A DNA stretch of 26,526 bases from Malacoraja senta (taxonomy: Eukaryota), in assembly GCA_038087875.1 (NCBI GenBank), contig JAXLNO010000405.1, positions 62,001 to 88,526 of the forward strand, given 5' to 3'. Under the pieces are notes generated by a model. That model was not told the DNA's origin. It did no database searches and saw only the letters and a list, made by a program, of their open reading frames with translations. The first letter of the stretch is position 1, and each line of letters starts with the position of its first letter. This document shows, piece after piece, positions 10,685 through 21,046 of the stretch. Both the position numbers and the translations under genes were made by a program.

Positions 10685-11112
10685 ACAAGCGCAGGCTTGG
10701 CGTTCGCTTCGCCCAACACCTCCGCTCGGTTCGCAATAACCAACCTGATCTCCCGGTGGCTCAGTACTTCAACTCCCCCTCCCATTCCCAATCCGACCTT
10801 TCTGTCCTCGGCCTCCTCCATGGCCAGAGTGAGGCCCACCGTAAATTGGAGGAGCAGCACCTCATATTACGCTTGGGCAGTTTACACCCCAGCGGTATGA
10901 ACATTGACTTCTCCAATTTCAGGTAGTCCCTGCTTTCCCCTCCCCTTCCCAGCTTTCCCTCAGCCCACTGTCTCCACCTCTTCCTTTCTTCTTCCCGCCC
11001 TTCCCACCCTCACATCAGCCTGAAGAAGGATCTTGACCCGAAACGTCACCTATTTCCTTCGCTCCATAGATGCTGCCTCACCTGCTGAGTTTCTCCAGCA
11101 TTTTTGTCTACA
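10685..11112 (+). mobile_element. Penelope-like element 3' fragment (GIY-YIG C-terminus and hammerhead-bearing end)
   Basis: KRRLGVRFAQHLRSVR...LPVAQYFNSPSH...RKLEEQHLILRLGSLHPSGMN; probable TSD TACAAAT at 10678-10684 and 11113-11119. Confidence 0.88.
11016..11051 (+). ncRNA. Minimal type I hammerhead ribozyme-like motif (probably degenerate)
   Basis: CUGAAGA (11020-11026), imperfect helix II, then GAAACGUC (11040-11047) with palindromic ACGU; lies within a Penelope-like element. Confidence 0.6.
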
Positions 11113-11573
11113 TACAAATCCATAGATCGCTAAAGTCAGCAGCACACACAAAGACAACATTTAACATACTTGTCATTAGCTGCAGCATAGAATGCAAGTG
11201 AAGGGAGGCCTTGATACAGGGAGTTGATTAAGCCTTAAGTTAGAGGAGGGTGTGCAATTCTGATCTCCATACTGTGGGAAGGATGCCTTTGCACTGGAGA
11301 CGATGCAGAGGAGATTCATCAGGATATTGCTCGGAAAGGAATATTTCAATTATCAGCAGAGACTGGCATGATTTAAGTCCTCTTCCTTGACAAAGAGTGC
11401 TGATTTATCAGACAATTCCTGCATCCGCCCACCTGTGACTGATGTCCCTGTAGATGTCAACTCTCTGTGCTCAGCCCCTTCCCTATTCCCACTTCCGTGT
11501 GAACATCATTTCTTGCATCAGCTCTACGCCCACTGTCAGGGCATCATATATATGTCACAAAAGGCTCACAAAC

Positions 11574-11634
11574 CTTTTTGTTTCTTTGATGTAGAGGCCA
11601 CTGAATCACCTCCCCAGTCACCACCTTCAGCCAT
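11574..11634 (-). CDS. Candidate first coding exon (whole exon 11666-11574), MAEGGDWGGDSVASTSKKQK
   Basis: Acceptor ttgtttattccag|AG, strong Kozak gacatcATGG, donor AAAG|gtttgt; 61 coding nt end in phase 1, matching the exon at 5257-4973. Confidence 0.68.
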
Positions 11635-11790
11635 GATGTCGACAGGCGATCACAAACTCTGTAGCTCTGGAATAAACAATATTAACACAACCATCAGGTG
11701 ACAATTGAATGTGAAGGAAGACATTGCCTTGTGAACCAACAAACAGCATTACAGTGCAGCAGAGATGTGGAAAACACCCTATCCAAACAA

Positions 11791-12090
11791 GGTTTAAGAA
11801 AGAACAGCAGATGCTGGAAAAATCAAAGGCAGACAAAAATGCTGGAGAAACTCAGTGGGTGAGGCAGCATCTATGGAGAGAAGGAATAGGTGATGTTTCG
11901 GCCTGTGGAGATGGGTGGGTGGGGGGTGGGAAGAAAGAAAGAGGTGGAGACAGTGGGCTGTGGTAGAGCTGGGAAGGGGAGGGGAAGGAGGGAGAAACAG
12001 GGACTACCTGAAATTGGAGAAGTCAATGTTCATAATGCTGGAGGAGTTGAAGTGCTCGGCCACTGGGAGATCAGGTTGGTTAACGCGAAC
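11791..12090 (-). mobile_element. Penelope-like fragment, inverted
   Basis: Reverse complement of parts of 10725-11110, with internal deletions. Confidence 0.85.
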
Positions 12091-12140
12091 AAAAACAAAC
12101 ATGGCTGTGGTAACCGGTCTGGGTTAAGGAAAACAAACCT

Positions 12141-12475
12141 CGCACTAACCAACCTGATCTCCCGGTGGCTCAGCACTTCAACTCCCCCTCCCATTCCCAA
12201 TCCCAATCCCACCTTTCTGTCCTGGGCCTCCTCCATGGCCAGAGTGAGTCCCACCGCAAATTGGAGGAGCAGCACCTCATATTACACCCCAGCGGTATGA
12301 ACATTGACTTCTCCAATTTCAGGTAGTCCCTACTTTCTCCCTCCTTCCCCTCCCCTTCCCAGCCCTCCCACAGCTCACTGTCTCCGCCTCTTCCTTTCTT
12401 CTCCCCTCCCCACCTTCACATCTGTCTGAATAAATGTCTCGACCCGAAACATCACCTATTCCTTCGCTCCATAGA
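12141..12475 (+). mobile_element. Penelope-like fragment, forward, with mutated hammerhead relic (~12427-12455)
   Basis: Colinear with 10732-11070; ctgaataaatgtctcgacccgaaacatc. Confidence 0.85.
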
Positions 12476-14511
12476 CGCCCGCCCACCCGCTCGGTCCTGG
12501 GCTGCCCAACCACACAGTCGACGCCCGCCTGCCCGCCCAACCAAGTATTTGATTATAATCTGATTTCCATACATGAATATATTAGATCGTCCATGTGCTG
12601 CACCTGTTGATCGGAGCCTGGCTCTACTGTGGAACATAATTTAACCTAACCTTATTCATAGCTAATCCAATTTAAAGCATATTGCATTCAAGTGTGTAGG
12701 TTAAAAGACTCGCTACAGTATGCACCAGATTACACAATTTCAAGCTGAAAAATGCACAAGCTCCGTACCAATGGGAAGGGGGACACACGCTCTCCAACAA
12801 CCCACCCTCCACCCCCCTCCCCCCCTGGGGCCTGGTCTCACAATTTCTCACTCCCAACTCTCACCCAATGTTAGCAGCCCTGTGATCGGGCTGCTGGAAG
12901 AGTTGTGTCCACTATTGTTGGTGTCGATGCCCGCCCGCTCCTGGGCGAACGCGTGTTGCCGTGAAGTTTGTCGGCTTTAAACGGCTTGAAGGTGTCGGCG
13001 ACCACGCCCGCGCTGGTAAACGGCCACTGTTTAAACTGGCTCCTAACTCGACGCTCGTGCTTGTTCCCGCCCAATCCACGTCCCCTCAGCTGACAGCTGC
13101 AACCTGTGGTCGGTCCGTGAAGCCCCGTCGGACCCACCGACCGACATCCCCAACACTCTTGTCTTGGCCTCACACACTTAGTTGGGCAGCCGTTCGTTCG
13201 TTCGTTCCTTATCCCCGTTAAACGTTCATCTTCGGTGATACGCGAGTTCGAACCCAGAAGCCAGAACATTCCGGCCCCTGACCACACACTGTCCCCCCTT
13301 CTCCACTCCCCCTCCCCCCTCTTTCTCTCCCTCCCCCCCAACCGTTCATTGCCGCTGATAATCGTTTCCGCCAACGCTGTTTAAACCGCTCCTAACATTG
13401 ACCTTGTGCTCGCTCCCTCCCTCCCTCGCTCTCCCGCTCCACCCGAGATCCGTCCAACTGTCGACGCTCGCTCGCTCGCTTGTTCCCGCCCGATCCACGT
13501 CCCCTGAGCCGTTAGCCAAGAGTTGAGATGGCCGCCTATGGCATCAATCACATTGACTTCAATGGGAGACTGCCAGTAGTTAAGATGGCCGCCTATGGCT
13601 TCACTCGCATTGACTTCAATGGGAGACAGCCAGTAGTTAAGATGGCCGCCTACGGCATCAATCACATTGACTTCAATGGGAGACTGCCAGTAGTTAAGAT
13701 GGCCGCCTATGGCTTCACTCGCATTGACTTCAATGGGAGACTGCCAGTAGTTAAGATGGCCGCCTATGGCTTCTATCGCATTGACTTCAATGAGAGACAG
13801 CCAGTAGTTAAGATGGCCGCCTATGGCTTCAATCGCATTGACTTCAATGGGAGACTGCCAGTAGCTAAGATGGCACCCGAGATCCGAACAACTGTCGACG
13901 CTCGCGCTCCCGCTCCCTCAGCCGTTGCCGCCCGCCCGTTATTTCCCGCTCGCGTTGCCCGCCGGGAAGAAGCCGTTTCCAGAAGGTTCTTCACCAACGG
14001 TCGGTCATTCGGAGTTCGCTTCTCCACAACGACGTTCGGATTCCCACTTTTACAGTTCGATATTAAGCAATCTACACTGACTATCACAACACTGGGCCAT
14101 AAAAACACCGCCTTTTGTTGTTGTTTGTGTCGAAAATCTTTTTATTTCCGATCACATTAATTATTTCCATTTAAACCGTTTTCAAAAGGTAAAGGCTTTT
14201 CATTTTTTTCAAACGTAGACGATTCTTTCCAATATATATTTATATTTGTATAATCCTTTTTGAAAAGATGATTGCATGGAAGGCTGTTTAAAAACGTCAA
14301 GCTTATTTGATCCGCTGATTTAACTTACATTGAACAATTAATTTTTTACAAAACTGGTTATTTTTGAATTTTTAAATACCCACTGCTCTCTCCTTTCTAT
14401 TTTCTTTTTCAAACATTGCCGTTATTTACTTTTCCGTTTTATATCCCCGCTGCGATCTATCCTCAAATTCACAAGTAAGTGGAGTCGATAAACTGACGAC
14501 CCTGTTTCTAT
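12476..14511. other. Unclassified CpG-rich composite segment, probably a rolling-circle or DNA element
   Basis: Internal degenerate direct repeats (13030/13379, 13061/13480, 13440/13875); shares sequence with 22845-23015; imperfect hairpin followed by CTAT at 14481-14511. Confidence 0.4.
13520..13875. repeat. 57-bp tandem repeat, 6 copies plus a partial
   Basis: Unit aagatggccgcctatggcttcactcgcattgacttcaatgggagactgccagtagtt; 19-aa periodicity in the ORF track. Confidence 0.96.
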
Positions 14512-14539
14512 TGTGTATCTTTCATTTCAATATTCCCCG

Positions 14540-15025
14540 ATTCCCTGTATATCCACGGCCCTATCTTAAAGCTCTTCAATGCCATCTCTCACCAGAATCC
14601 ACCACCAGCCACGGGGTGGAAGATTGCAACCTTCACGTGGTCCACGCTGTGTCGACAAATGCAATCAACTCGACGTGCACAAACGGAAGATCAAATAGAA
14701 CAAGTTGTCCAACAACTTTAGGCTGTGCACGCTACATGCAAGAAGAAGAAGACCACCAGCCTTGACAGGGAGATGCCCTTCGGATTCTGCAAAGTTCTTC
14801 CTCTCTCATCTTAAATCTGTCGTCTAGTTCTTGGTTCCATTCCCCTTTAAAAAAGACTTTGATCACAGAGGGAGGTGGAAATATGGAATGTGTTGCCAGT
14901 TGAGGCGCATACAGTAACATGATTTTAGTGACATTTGGGCAGGTACATGGGCAAGAAATGTTTGGAGTGATAATGGCAAACATGGACAAACATGGCTGGC
15001 TCAGATAGGGCAGGTTGGTCGACAC
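14540..15025. mobile_element. Old CR1 3' fragments (minus ~14540-14845, plus ~14865-15025)
   Basis: Relics of the VWN.LP and ttggacaggtacatgg segments; highly degenerate. Confidence 0.5.
14611..14751 (+). mobile_element. Short non-LTR retroelement 3' end with (AAG)n tail
   Basis: Perfect 10-bp TSD ACCACCAGCC at 14601-14610 and 14752-14761; tail caagaagaagaag. Confidence 0.85.
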
Positions 15026-15165
15026 GTCTGATGGTTAGATGGTTTGAGATGAAACCAGGACTAAAATGAGACTAAAGAGAAAACGAGTCAAAGGTCTTGT
15101 AATGCGACAAGATGTTTGAATGACGTGAAATGTAAAACTAGTGGAGAGATTTGGGTGGAATGTTT

Positions 15166-16075
15166 TAGCAATGTTACAAACTTTTGAGATTTTAAAAATC
15201 GTCTGCAATTTATCCCATCAGATAAAGCATAAAAAGAAGTTTAATTTGACACCTAATTCACTTTCATATCTTCAGTATTAAAACAGTTATGGCCATTTTC
15301 ATACTCTGAAATTAGCATCTTGTTCCCTATTGCTTTTCCATTGACTTAACACAAAAGCTGTGATCGAGGACAGTCAAAAGCCCATAACTTTCTTAAACAT
15401 TAAGAGAACTGAATGAAATTTTCAGTTATTATAGATTGAAGCATTCTGAAACAAATATGAAACAATCTTACTTGGATGACCTGAAATTAAAGCATACCGT
15501 TAGTTAGTTACCTAATTGTAGCTAATTACAAAATTCAATTACTAGATCTAAACATCTATCCATTTCTTAAGAAAAGGTTAGCATTTTTAAATAGCCTAAG
15601 TGTCCAAATAACATTCACACAAGAATTCACAATCTAACATGATTTTGAAATCTCATTGTCATGAATTTATAGGCCCAATGGAAGGAATTTAGTGTTTAAT
15701 TCCTGTAAATTAATGGCCATTTAAATCATCTTGCGAGTGGGTTTTTATGGAACGCGATCGATTGGAACGTTGCGGTTGTGGTGAATTTAAACCCCCATAT
15801 CGGCAGGAAAAACACTGCCGGTTCGTATGGGGCCTAAGTCACCTTTTTGCAACGTGAAATTTTGATTAAAGGCATCCTAAGAAGCACATTTATATGTAAA
15901 AATAAACGGCGTGGCTTGATTTGTCCCGTACGTGAGATTCGTCCTGTTGTCGGCGTTGACGGCATTACAAAACGATTTTTAATTTACTCCTGCTATTATA
16001 TTATCCAGCGCAGTTTTAAAAAAACGGATGTCGGAGCGATTATTCTTCAGCAGCTAAACAGCCTGAAATATGGAA
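15166..16075. mobile_element. Putative DNA-transposon left arm beginning TAGCAATGTTACAA
   Basis: 13/14 inverted match to TTGTAACCTTGCTA at 26005-26018; non-coding AT-rich sequence. Confidence 0.45.
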
Positions 16076-16125
16076 TGTGCAGAAAGCATTTGATATGGGC
16101 CCACATAGGGGATTAGTGGACAAAA

Positions 16126-16239
16126 TTAGTTTAGTTTAGAGATACAGCGCGGAAACAGGCCCTTCGGCCTACCGAGTCCGCGCCGACCAGCGATCCCCAC
16201 ACACTAACACTATCCCACACACACACACACACTAGGGGA
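16126..16239 (-). mobile_element. HE1/V-SINE-like SINE 3' end
   Basis: Minus strand (TG)n...ggccgaagggcctgtttccgcgctgtatctc(taaac)n, with a CR1-like 3' end. Confidence 0.75.
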
Positions 16240-17482
16240 ATGGATTTACAAAGGGGAAATCACGTTTGACTAATCTACTGTAATTTTTTGAAGATGTAAC
16301 TAGGAAAATGGACAAGGGAGAGCCAGTGGATGTAGTGTACCTGGACTTTCAGAAAGCATTTGATAAGGTCCCACATAGGAGATTAGTGGGCAAAATTAGG
16401 GCACATGGTATTGGGGGTAGAGTGCTGACATGGATAGAGAAGTGGTTGGCAGACAGGAAACAAAGAGAAGGGACTAACGGGCCACTTTCAGAAAGGCAGG
16501 CAGTGACTAGTGGGGTACCGCAAGGTTCGGTGCTGGGACCGCAGCTATTTACAATATCCATCAATGATTTGGATGAAGGGATTCAAAGTAACATTAGCAA
16601 ATTCGCCGATGACACAAAGCTGGGTGGCAGTGTGAACTGTGAGGAGGATGCTATGGGAATTTAGGGTGACTTGGACAGGTTGGGGGAGTGGGCAGATGCA
16701 TGGCAGATGAAGTTTAATGCGGATAAATGTGAGGTTATCCACTTTGGTAGCAAAAATAGGAAGGCAGATTATTATCTAAATTGTGTCAAGTTGGGAAAAG
16801 GGGATTTGGGGGTTGTTCTATGAAAGTAAGCATGCAGGTACAGCAGGCAGTGAAGAAAGCCAATGGTATGTTGGCCTTTATAACAAGAGGAATCGAATAT
16901 AGGAGCAAAGAGGTCCTTCTGCAGTTGTACAGAGCCCTAGTGAGACCACACCTGGAGTATTGTGTGCAGTTTTGGTCCCCTAATTTGAGGAAGGACATTC
17001 TTGCTATTGAGGGAGTGCAGCGTAGGTTTACAAGGTTAATTCCTGGGATGGCGGGACTGTCATATGCTGAGAGAATGGAGCGGCTGGGCTTGCATACTCT
17101 GGAGTTTAGAAGGATGAGAGGGTATCTCAATGAAACATATAAGATTGTTAAAGGCTTGGACACGCTAGAGGCAGGAAACATGTTCCCAATGATGAGGGAG
17201 TCTAGAACCAGGGGCCACAGTTTAAGAATAAGGAGTAAGCCATTTAGAATGGAGACAAGGAAACAGTTTTTCTCACAGAGAGTGGTGAGTCTGTGGAATT
17301 CTCTGCCTCAGAGGACGGTGGAGGCAGGTTCTCTGGATGCTTTCAAGAGAGAGCTAGATAGGGCTCTTAAAGATAGCGGAGTCAGGGGATATGGGGAGAA
17401 GGCGGGAACGGGGTACTGATTGGGGATGATCAGCCATGATCACAGTGAATGGTGGTGCTGGCTGGAAGGGCCGAATGGACTA
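16240..17482 (+). mobile_element. CR1 LINE RT fragment, frameshifted
   Basis: [23 protein letters not shown], ...GYGEKAGTGY*, 3' UTR ending cctattgtctat. Confidence 0.95.
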
Positions 17483-17958
17483 CTCTTGCACCTATTGTCT
17501 ATAAGAAATGGGAGTTATTTACAGGCCTCCAAACAGAAGCCACGATATAGGATACCAGTTACACTAGCAGATACAATTGGCTTCTAAGAAAGGCGGGTCA
17601 CGGGAGATTTCAACATGCAAGTAGTCTGGGAAATTCAGACCCCAAGAAAGGGAATTTGAAGAGTGCCTCCGAGTGGATTCTTAGAGCAGCTTGTAATGGA
17701 GCCGACCAGCAAAAAGGCAATTGTGGATTTAGTGTTGTGTGATGAACCGGATTTGATAAGGGAAGTCAAGATAAAGGAACCACTGGGAGGTAGCGACCAC
17801 AATATGATCAGTTTGAAATCTGTAATTTGAGAGGGAGAAGGTGAGATCGGATGCGTCGGTCGGTATTGGAACTGAGCAAAGGAGACCAGCAGAGGAATAA
17901 GGGAAGAGCTGGCCAAAGATGACTGGAAAGGGACCCTGGAAGGGATGAGGGTGGAACA
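17483..17958 (+). mobile_element. CR1 APE-endonuclease region fragment
   Basis: GVIYRPPN, GDFN, EPT...VDLV and LGGSDHNMI motifs, with stops and frameshifts. Confidence 0.8.
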
Positions 17959-18281
17959 GCAGGAAAAACACTGCCGGTTCGTATGGGGCCTAAGTCACCT
18001 TTTTGCAATGTGAAATTTTGATTAAAGGCATCCTAAGAAGCACATTTATATGTAAAAATAAACGGCGTGGCTTGATTTGTCCCGTACGTGAGATTCGTCC
18101 TGTTGTCGGCGTTGACGGCATTACAAGACGATTTTTAATTTACTCCTGCTATTATATTATCCAGCGCAGTTTTAAAAAAACGGATGTCGGAGCGATTATT
18201 CTTCAGCAGCTAAACAGCCTGAAATATGGAATGTGCAGAAAGCATTTGATATGGGCCCACATAGGGGATAAGTGGACAAAA

Positions 18282-18396
18282 TTAGTTTAGTTTAGAGATA
18301 CAGCGCGGAAACAGGCCCTTCGGCCTACCGAGTCCGCACCGACCAGCGATCCCCACGCACTAACATTATCCCACACACACACACACACTAGGGGAA
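18282..18396 (-). mobile_element. Duplicated SINE 3' end
   Basis: Copy of 16126-16239. Confidence 0.75.
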
Positions 18397-19641
18397 TTGA
18401 TTTACAAAGGGGAAATCACATTTGACTAATCTGTAATTTTTTGAAGATGTAACTAGGAAAATGGACAAGGGAGAGCCAGTGGATGTAGTGTACCTGGACT
18501 TTCAGAAAGCATTTGATAAGGTCCCACATAGGAGATTAGTGGGCAAAATTAGGGCACATGGTATTGGGGGTAGAGTGCTGACATGGATAGAGAAGTGGTT
18601 GGCAGACAGGAAACAAAGAGAAGGGATTAACGGGCCACTTTCAGAAAGGCAGGCAGTGACTAGTGGGGTACCGCAAGGTTCGGTGCTGGGACCGCAGCTA
18701 TTTACAATACCATCAATGATTTGGATGAAGGGATTCAAAGTAACATTAGCAAATTTGCAGATGACACAAAGCTGGGTGGCAGTGTGAACTGTGAGGAGGA
18801 TGCTATGAGAATGCAGGGTGACTTGGACAGGTTGGGGGAGTGGGCAGATGCATGGCAGATGAAGTTTAATGAGGATAAATGTGAGGTTATCCACTTTGGT
18901 AGCAAAAATAGGAAGGCAGATTATTATCTAAATTGTGTCAAGTTGGGAAAAGGGGAAGTACAACGGGATTTGGGGGTCCTTGTTCTATGAAAGTAAGCAT
19001 GCAGTTAAGAAAGCCAATGGTATGTTGGCCTTTATAACAAGAGGAATCGAATATAGGAGCAAAGAGGTCCTTCTGCAGTTGTACAGAGCCCTAGTGAGAC
19101 CACACCTGGAGTATTGTGTGCAGTTTTGGCCCCCTAATTTGAGGAAGGACATTCTTGCTATTGAGGCAGTGCAGCGTAGGTTTACAAGGTTAATTTCTGG
19201 GATGGCGGGACTGTCATATGCTGAGAGAATGGAGCGGCTGGGCTTGTATACTCTGGAGTTTAGAAGGATGAGAGGGAATCTCATTGAAACATATAAGATT
19301 GTTAAAGGCTTGGACACGCTAGAGGCAGGAAACATGTTCCCGATGATGAGGGAGTCTAGAACCAGGGGCCACAGTTTAAGAATAAGGAGTAAGCCATTTA
19401 GAACGGAGACAAGGAAACAGTTTTTCTCACAGAGAGTGGTGAGTCTGTGGAATTCTCTGCCTCAGAGGACGGTGGAGGCAGGTTCTCTGGATGCTTTCAA
19501 GAGAGAGCTAGATAGGGCTCTTAAAGATAGCGGAGTCAGGGGATATGGGGAGAAGGCGGGAACGGGGTACTGATTGGGGATGATCAGCCATGATCACAGT
19601 GAATGGTGGTGCTGGCTGGAAGGGCCGAATGGACTACTCTT
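18397..19641 (+). mobile_element. Duplicated CR1 RT fragment
   Basis: Copy of 16240-17468; same motifs, frameshifted. Confidence 0.95.
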
Positions 19642-20110
19642 GGCTTCTAAGAAAGGCGGGTCACGGGTGATTTCAACATGCAGGTAGTCTGGGAAATTCA
19701 GACCCCAAGAAAGGGAATTTGAAGAGTGCCTCCGAGTGGATTCTTAGAGCAGCTTGGAATGGAGCCGACCAGCAAAATGGCAATTGTGGATTTAGTGTTG
19801 TGTGATGAACTGGATTTGATAAGGGAAGTCAAGATAAAGGAACCACTGGGAGGTAGCGACCACAATATGATCAGTTTGAAATCTGTAATTTGAGAGGGAG
19901 AAGGTGAGATCGGATGCGTCGGTCGGTATTGGAACTGAGCAAAGGAGACCAGCAGAGGCATGAGGGAAGAGCTGGCCAAAGATGACTGGAAAGGGACCCT
20001 GGAAGGGATGAGGGTGGAACAGCAATGGCAGGAATGTCTGGTGGGAATAATTCAGAAGAATCTGGATGATTTCATTCCAAAGAGGAAGAAAGATTCTAGG
20101 GGGAGAAAGA
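19642..20110 (+). mobile_element. Duplicated CR1 endonuclease fragment, continuing past the unit end
   Basis: GDFN, LGGSDHNMI, then VEQQWQE and FIPKRKK. Confidence 0.8.
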
Positions 20111-20198
20111 AGCCAACAACAGTTTTAAACTGAAAGAGAAGGGGGGAGAGGGTGGACTGAATGGATTATTCAAGAACCCCAACTGTGGACGCCCCCCC

Positions 20199-20199
<1 letters not shown>

Positions 20200-20231
<32 letters not shown>

Positions 20232-20640
20232 GTCAACGTCCGTTAACCGCACGGTCATGTGCAGTCGACGCTCGCTCCCGGGCGACCCTCTCTCCTCCCC
20301 TCCCCTCCCCTCTCCCTCTCTCCCCCCTCACTCTCTCCCCTCTTTCTTTCTTTTTCTTTCTTTCCCTCCTCTCTCTCTCTTCCCCAAACTCTCTCCGCTC
20401 CCCCTCTCTCTCCCCTCTTTCTTTCTCTCTCTCTCTCTCTCTTTCCCTTCCACCCCTTCTCTCATTTTTCTTTCCCTTCACTTAACCTAACTTTTTCTCT
20501 CTCTCTCTGTCCCCTCTCTCTCTCCTCTCCTCTCTCTCTTCCCCCTCTCTTTATTTCTTTTTCCTCTTTCTTTCTTTCTTTCTCTCTCTCTTTCTTTCTA
20601 TCTTTCTCTTTCTTTCTCTCTCTCACTTTCTCTCTCTCTC
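20200..20640. repeat. (CA)n microsatellite (20201-20229) and ~355-bp CT-rich polypyrimidine tract (20286-20640)
   Basis: Seen directly; few purines on the plus strand within the tract. Confidence 0.95.
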
Positions 20641-21046
20641 GTGGCAGGGAATTCCACAAATTCACAACTCTCTTGGTGAAAAAGTTTTTTCTCACATCAG
20701 TCTTAAATGACCTCCCCTTTATTCTAAGACTGTGGCCCCTGGTTCTGGACTCGCCCAACATTGGGAACATTTTTCCTGCATCTAGCTTGTCCAGTCCTTT
20801 TATAATTTTATATGTTTCTATAAGATCCCCGCCTCATCCTTCTAAACTCCAATGAATACAAGCCTAGTCTTTTCAATCTTTCCTCATATGACAGTCCCGC
20901 CATCCCAGGTGAACCTACGCTGCACTGCCTCAATCACAAGGATGTCCTTCCTCAAATTAGGAGACCAAAACTGTACACAATACTCCAGATGTGGTCTCAC
21001 CAGAGCCCTATACAACTGCAGAAGAACCTCTTTACTCCTATACTGA
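20640..21046 (-). mobile_element. CR1 fragment
   Basis: Minus strand [21 protein letters not shown] ... KNFFTKRVVNLWNSLP. Confidence 0.92.

Larger units (their letters stand above)
10545..11370 (+). mobile_element. Old CR1 fragment interrupted by a Penelope-like insertion
   Basis: KFNPDK relic before the insertion; gtgcaattctgatctcca and gcagaggagattcatcagg after it. Confidence 0.65.
15803..20024. repeat. Tandem duplication: unit 1 at 15803-17958, unit 2 at 17959-20024
   Basis: Both units start gcaggaaaaacactgccggttcg and end gagggtggaaca; same order of nested fragments; private indels in each. Confidence 0.95.

Noticed and set aside
13528..14160. 210-aa ORF with 19-aa repeats
   Set aside because: Product of the 57-bp in-frame tandem repeat; no other support.
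20161..20855. Ser/Leu/Pro- and Arg/Glu-rich ORFs
   Set aside because: Translations of the CT tract and antisense CR1.
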